From Candidatus Woesearchaeota archaeon (GTDB lineage Archaea; Nanobdellota; Nanobdellia; Woesearchaeales; SKIA01): DNA of 64,000 bases. Below are positions 59,728 to 64,000 of the stretch, piece after piece (within the stretch, counting starts at the first letter, position 1; every line of letters starts with the position of its first letter). The notes under the pieces were generated by a model, which did not search any database, had not been told where the DNA came from, and saw only the letters and a list, made by a program, of their open reading frames with translations. The position numbers were made by a program, and so were the translations under genes. The stretch covers positions 160,001 to 224,000 of the forward strand of contig JBJKRI010000006.1 of assembly GCA_046704725.1 (NCBI GenBank), written 5' to 3'.

Positions 59728-59880
59728 ATGACGTTCCGATGCGCATACTGCGGGCTGCACTACACGGAGAAAAGAGACGCGGAAGCCTGTGAGGAGTGGT
59801 GCACCTCCCACGACAGCTGCAACCTCGCCGTCGCACGACGCTCGCTCGAAGCCACCGGACAGGCGGTCCCAAACGATTAA
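59728..59880 (+). CDS. Small Cys/His-rich (Zn-finger-like) protein
   Basis: MTFRCAYCGLHY...AEACEEWCTSHDSCNL. Confidence 0.7.
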   Translation: MTFRCAYCGLHYTEKRDAEACEEWCTSHDSCNLAVARRSLEATGQAVPND

Positions 59881-59904
59881 AACGGCGGGGGGCGTCGTGA
59901 CGGC

Positions 59905-61086
59905 ATGCGACTTCCCTGCGCCGCGTGCGGACGCGTCGAGCCAAAGACCTGCAGCAGGGCGGACTGCCCATACTTCGTGCACCGCCCACGCACCTTCAAG
60001 CAGGAATTCAGCGGGAGCGCGCCGAACATCTTCGTGGGCCGCTTCGGCTATCCGGACGTGCGCGTGGGCATCCTCGCCACAGAGGAATACGCGGACAACG
60101 ACGATCCCAAGGGCTGGAGCAAGGCACAGACGCCGATACCCGAGATTCTCGAGAAGCGCGGCAGCCTCGTGAACAGCCAGTTCCTCGCGAACGTGCGGAG
60201 CTTCCGGGACCGCTTCCTGCAGGACGCGCAGCTCGTCGCGCAGGGCAAGAATCCGACGGACATGGAGGTGCGGTTGGACCGCGTACCGACGTTCAGCATC
60301 CAGTACCCGCCAGGGACCTCGCCGCACGGCGCCTCCGTCAAGCTCGTGCAATCCCGATTGACCGAGAACGTACGCATCCCCAAGGCCGTGGACAAAGCCG
60401 TCTCGGACAACGACCTGAAAGCAGCGAGCGCGATCACCGAGCTCTACGGCAAGATCGACGAACACTACCTCACGCGATTATTGACGGGCGGCGTGCTGGG
60501 CCAGAAGAGCCAGCGACGGCTCGTGCCGACACGCTGGAGCATCACGGCAGTCGACGACACGCTGGGGAAACGGCTCCTCGAGAGAGTCAAGGAATTGCCC
60601 GTGCTCGGCGAGCCACTGGCCTTCTTCGGCGGGCACTACGGCAACCACTACTGCATCATCCTCTTGCCGCGAAACTGGCAATACGAGCTGTTCGAGTTCG
60701 CCGTGAGCGGGCAGAGCGAGACGCGCGTGTGGACGGACCACGAGACATACTCTGGACGCACGAACTACGCGGACGACACGGGCGGAGGCTATTACGCGGC
60801 GCGCCTTCCCATCCTTGAGAAGCTGGAGAGCCTGGGACGGCAAGCGACCGTACTGTGCCTGCGTTTTGTGACCGGCGAATACACGAACCCGCTGGGGGTG
60901 TGGGTGGTGCGGGAGGCGGTGCGGAAGGCCTTGGAGACGAAACCGCTGCGCTTCTCGGACGAGAGTCTCGCATTGACGTACGCGAAGGCGCGCTGCACGC
61001 GCTTCTCCGTGGATTGGCAGCACGAGGTGCAGGACAAGAGCTTCCTGCTCAAGAGCCTGAAGCAGAAGCGGCTTTCCGACTATTGA
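59905..61086 (+). CDS. nreA: Archaeal DNA repair protein NreA
   Basis: N-terminal CxxC...C...CP, FVGRFGYP, RRLVPTRWSITAVD, GGYYAARL, PLGVWVVRE; PIP box QKRLSDY. Confidence 0.92.
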   Translation: MRLPCAACGRVEPKTCSRADCPYFVHRPRTFKQEFSGSAPNIFVGRFGYPDVRVGILATEEYADNDDPKGWSKAQTPIPEILEKRGSLVNSQFLANVRSFRDRFLQDAQLVAQGKNPTDMEVRLDRVPTFSIQYPPGTSPHGASVKLVQSRLTENVRIPKAVDKAVSDNDLKAASAITELYGKIDEHYLTRLLTGGVLGQKSQRRLVPTRWSITAVDDTLGKRLLERVKELPVLGEPLAFFGGHYGNHYCIILLPRNWQYELFEFAVSGQSETRVWTDHETYSGRTNYADDTGGGYYAARLPILEKLESLGRQATVLCLRFVTGEYTNPLGVWVVREAVRKALETKPLRFSDESLALTYAKARCTRFSVDWQHEVQDKSFLLKSLKQKRLSDY

Positions 61087-62221
61087 GCGAGAGGATGAAC
61101 AATGCGCTCCCCAACAGCGCGCCGATGATGGCGAACAGGCCGAGCAAGAAGAAGAGGGCGTGGAAGGAATAGACGAGCACGAGCGATCCAGCGACGACGT
61201 ACGCCACCGCCTCGCCCACCTTGGAGACGCTCATGTAGGTGCCGACCAGCGTGCCCTGGAGACGCGAACGGTGCCCGATGCGCGAGAGGTACGACCAGGC
61301 GCTCACGTTCCACATCGCCGTGCCGATGCCCCATACCCCCATGAGGAGCAGGATGGATTCGAAGGAATGACCGAGGAAAGCGAGCCCGATGAGGCAGGCG
61401 CCGCTCAGCAATGCTCCGGCGATGACTAGCCGCCGTGGCCCCGTGATGTCGACGAGGTCGCCGAAGAAGAACTGCAGGACGCTGCCCGCGACGAGCACGG
61501 TGATCGAGAGGCCCACATCAGCGTACGAGCCGCCCATGCGGATGATGAGCAAGGGGATGAAGACCGTCCAAGCGGGCTTGATGAACTGCATGGCCGGTCC
61601 GAGGACGAGCAGGGGGCGCAATTCCCTGTCCTGCCAGAAGCGGATGACATTGTGGAAGGGATGCACGGCGACCGGACGCTTCTGGTGGGGGCGTGCCTTG
61701 CGCAAGGAGAGCGCCAAGGCCGCGAAGATGCCCATGCTCGTGAGAAACGGCAGGCCGAGGAACTGGTCGGCCAGCACGCCGCCGATCGCCGGGGCGAAGA
61801 GTTTGGCCGCGGTCTGCACGGAGAACAGCAGGCCGGTGTATCTGCCCCTGTCTTGGTCGTGCAGGCCGTCCTCTATCTTGGAGAGCGCGAGTATGACGAC
61901 GGTGGAATAGCACGCGGCGTCCACGACACGGGCGAGCACGATGGCCGCCCCGATGCCTGAGTAGTAGAGGGCGTAGGCCACGATGCCGAGAAGGAAGGCG
62001 AGGCGCAAGGTCCACGAACGGCCCACCTCGTCAGAGAGCTCTCCCACGAGCATACCCGCCACGACGGCCACGACAGGGAACAGGCCGAAGACAAAGCTGA
62101 TCCAGGCGTCAGAATAGCCGAGGGAAGCGAAATACGGGGACAGGACGGGCAGGACGAGCTGGACGGCGAACAGGTGCGCGGAGCTGATGAGCGTGAAGCG
62201 CCAGTAGTCCTTGCGTTCCAT
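61049..62221 (-). CDS. MFS transporter
   Basis: About 12 TM segments; motif A GELSDEVGR and repeat GDLVDITGPR. Confidence 0.9.
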   Translation of the reverse strand: MERKDYWRFTLISSAHLFAVQLVLPVLSPYFASLGYSDAWISFVFGLFPVVAVVAGMLVGELSDEVGRSWTLRLAFLLGIVAYALYYSGIGAAIVLARVVDAACYSTVVILALSKIEDGLHDQDRGRYTGLLFSVQTAAKLFAPAIGGVLADQFLGLPFLTSMGIFAALALSLRKARPHQKRPVAVHPFHNVIRFWQDRELRPLLVLGPAMQFIKPAWTVFIPLLIIRMGGSYADVGLSITVLVAGSVLQFFFGDLVDITGPRRLVIAGALLSGACLIGLAFLGHSFESILLLMGVWGIGTAMWNVSAWSYLSRIGHRSRLQGTLVGTYMSVSKVGEAVAYVVAGSLVLVYSFHALFFLLGLFAIIGALLGSALFILSLNSRKAASASGS

Positions 62222-62303
62222 ACCGCGCCTCTCCACAGCTTCGTTTATAAAGTTCTGTCATCGCTCCGAAAAGTATAGATAGGAGCAGTGCCAGCCAGTA
62301 CGC

Positions 62304-62561
62304 ATGAAAAACCTCCTTATCAGCAGGGTAGCGCATGCAGGTGAGAAAGCACACGTCGGGCAAGAGTGGATCGATGACTGTGTGGCCCTGACGAGCCCGG
62401 GAGAGTATGAGCGCTTCACAGAGCGCCTCGGAGCGTTCTTCGGAGCTGACTACATGCATGACAGCGGCAATCCGCACAACGGAAATCCGCTCCACCAGGC
62501 ACGGCCTGCGCAACACGCGCTGTACAGAAACCTGCGAAGCGAGAAGCACCCCGCCGCGTGA
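62304..62561 (+). CDS. Hypothetical protein
   Basis: ORF in the gap with a TATA-like box upstream. Confidence 0.45.
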   Translation: MKNLLISRVAHAGEKAHVGQEWIDDCVALTSPGEYERFTERLGAFFGADYMHDSGNPHNGNPLHQARPAQHALYRNLRSEKHPAA

Positions 62562-62599
62562 GCGCAGGCTTTTTCTAGAGGTTGTCGTTCGCGCATCCC

Positions 62600-63334
62600 A
62601 TGGAGTGGGAGCCGTTCTCCGCGCTCGTCGAGCGCTGCGTCGAAAACAACGAGTCGCTCATGGCCTTCGTGCGCTGCCGCATCTTCTATTCAGGCAGGGC
62701 GGAGGCGGAGCTGGACTGGGGGGACCGGATGCTCATCATCAAGCAGGACAACGCAGTATTGATCCACCAGCCAGAGAACGGCAATCCCATCAACTACCTC
62801 AAGCCAGGAGCCCGCATCAGCATCTACCGGGAGGAGGGCGCGTTGTGGCTGGAGGGATCGCACCCGCAGACCAACGACATCGTGCAGATGGAGATACAGG
62901 AGATACACGACGCGATGCGCATGAAGCTCGAGGACGGCAAGAAGCAGGTATTGGCCGGCACAGAAGCGGACATGAGCGACTGGATCAGGGACAATCCATC
63001 AAGCATCTCACCCGACTTCAAGCCCTTGTCGCGCGAAGAGCACACGAACTACGGTTTCATCGACGTGTTCGGCCACAACGGGAACGGCGAGCTGGTCATC
63101 GTGGAATGCAAGAGGTACACCGCCGGACTGGCCGCAGCGACGCAGCTGCGGCGCTATGTCGAGAAGATGAAGGGACTGCGCGGGACGGATCAGGTCGGCG
63201 GCGTCCTGGCTTCCCCGAAAATCACGACGAACGCCGAGCAGATGCTCAATGACTGGGGATTCAAGTGGGTGCGCGTAGTGCCGCCAAAGCGCATCACGGT
63301 CGCGCGCGACCAAAAAAGCCTCGAGGAGTGGTAA
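62600..63334 (+). CDS. nucS: Mismatch endonuclease NucS/EndoMS
   Basis: YSGRA, IIKQD..VLIH, PINY, GFIDV, VECKR, QLRRY; PIP box QKSLEEW. Confidence 0.95.
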   Translation: MEWEPFSALVERCVENNESLMAFVRCRIFYSGRAEAELDWGDRMLIIKQDNAVLIHQPENGNPINYLKPGARISIYREEGALWLEGSHPQTNDIVQMEIQEIHDAMRMKLEDGKKQVLAGTEADMSDWIRDNPSSISPDFKPLSREEHTNYGFIDVFGHNGNGELVIVECKRYTAGLAAATQLRRYVEKMKGLRGTDQVGGVLASPKITTNAEQMLNDWGFKWVRVVPPKRITVARDQKSLEEW

Positions 63335-63352
63335 ACACGACCATCCGTCCAG

Positions 63353-63598
63353 TCACCTGAAGATATCGGCGAGCGTCGTTCCCTGGGTGCGGCAGAACGA
63401 GACGCTTGCAAGTTCCGTCGACGGGGCCGAGCAGAGCGGATTGGTGATGTACACATTCTCGGCGAGACGTCTCGCTTCGTAGACGAACGCATCACGGGTC
63501 GTGAGGGCGGCGCTGTACAGGATTTGGGCAGCGAGGAGAACCGTTGCTCCGCGTGCGACCGTCCGGAACGCATCCCTCGTGTGCTCGGCAACGCTCAT
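63353..63598 (-). CDS. Small hypothetical protein
   Basis: ATGA-coupled downstream of alaS. Confidence 0.45.
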   Translation of the reverse strand: MSVAEHTRDAFRTVARGATVLLAAQILYSAALTTRDAFVYEARRLAENVYITNPLCSAPSTELASVSFCRTQGTTLADIFR

Positions 63599-64000
63599 CC
63601 GCGCAGCTCCGACAAGAAGCGCTCGAGGGTCTTGGGCAACTGCTCTTCTTGCACGCTCACCATCGCGGCCGCGTCGGCGAGCGGATCCTTCGAATCGGAC
63701 GGTTCCACCGCGAGGGACAAGAGCTCCTCCGGGACGTCCTGCTTCTTCTTGCGGAGCTTCTTGACCTTCTTCCACTTGGTGAAGAGCTCCTCGGTGCGTG
63801 AAGGAAGGAGCTTGGGGTCGTCGATGCCAAGAGCGTTCATCGCTTCTTTCTCGAGCTTCTCGCGACGCTTGACCAGGTCGTGCGCCGCTTTGCCCGCGAC
63901 GTACTCGATGCGGACGACGCCGTCCTGCACCTTCGTCGACTTGAGCAATTTGATGAACTGGAGGTCTCCGGTCGTGTTCACGTGCGTGCCCCCGCACGCC
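63595..64000 (-). CDS. alaS: Alanyl-tRNA synthetase, C-terminal part (cut by the window end)
   Basis: ACGGTHVNTTG...KVQDGVVRIEYVAG editing-domain motif followed by a helical region. Confidence 0.88.
   Translation of the reverse strand, partial: ACGGTHVNTTGDLQFIKLLKSTKVQDGVVRIEYVAGKAAHDLVKRREKLEKEAMNALGIDDPKLLPSRTEELFTKWKKVKKLRKKKQDVPEELLSLAVEPSDSKDPLADAAAMVSVQEEQLPKTLERFLSELRG

Overview
Chromosomal window from a high-GC archaeon, most likely DPANN (Woesearchaeota-like; an inference from archaellins, OapABC/ArvABC, RtcB+archease, SRP54, NucS, NreA, FtsZ, TATA-box promoters and PIP boxes). Most of it is housekeeping: uvrABC, smc, rnhB, hppA, dus, a DEAD-box helicase, an ABC/S-layer module, four tRNAs and the 3' end of alaS. 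The standout is a lower-GC island (~17.4-21.2 kb) that looks like an integron-type cassette array. It has five 54-57 bp attC-like imperfect palindromes (..TAAC...GTTA..). Between them are four self-promoted cassettes (a toxin-antitoxin pair, an orphan, a 32-aa repeat protein and a GNAT), each with mutually complementary ends. The adjacent tyrosine recombinase appears to lack the IntI-specific insertion, and the island sits between two diverged copies of the uvrB 5' end. Other notable items are a sigma-54-type activator with an intact GAFTGA loop in an archaeon, three archaellins translationally coupled to the ArvA/OapA GTPase, an initiator tRNA with a T-arm intron, tandem copies of the tRNA-Gly 5' end, and a candidate ~205-nt structured RNA beside smc. 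All calls come from motif recognition by eye; no searches were run.
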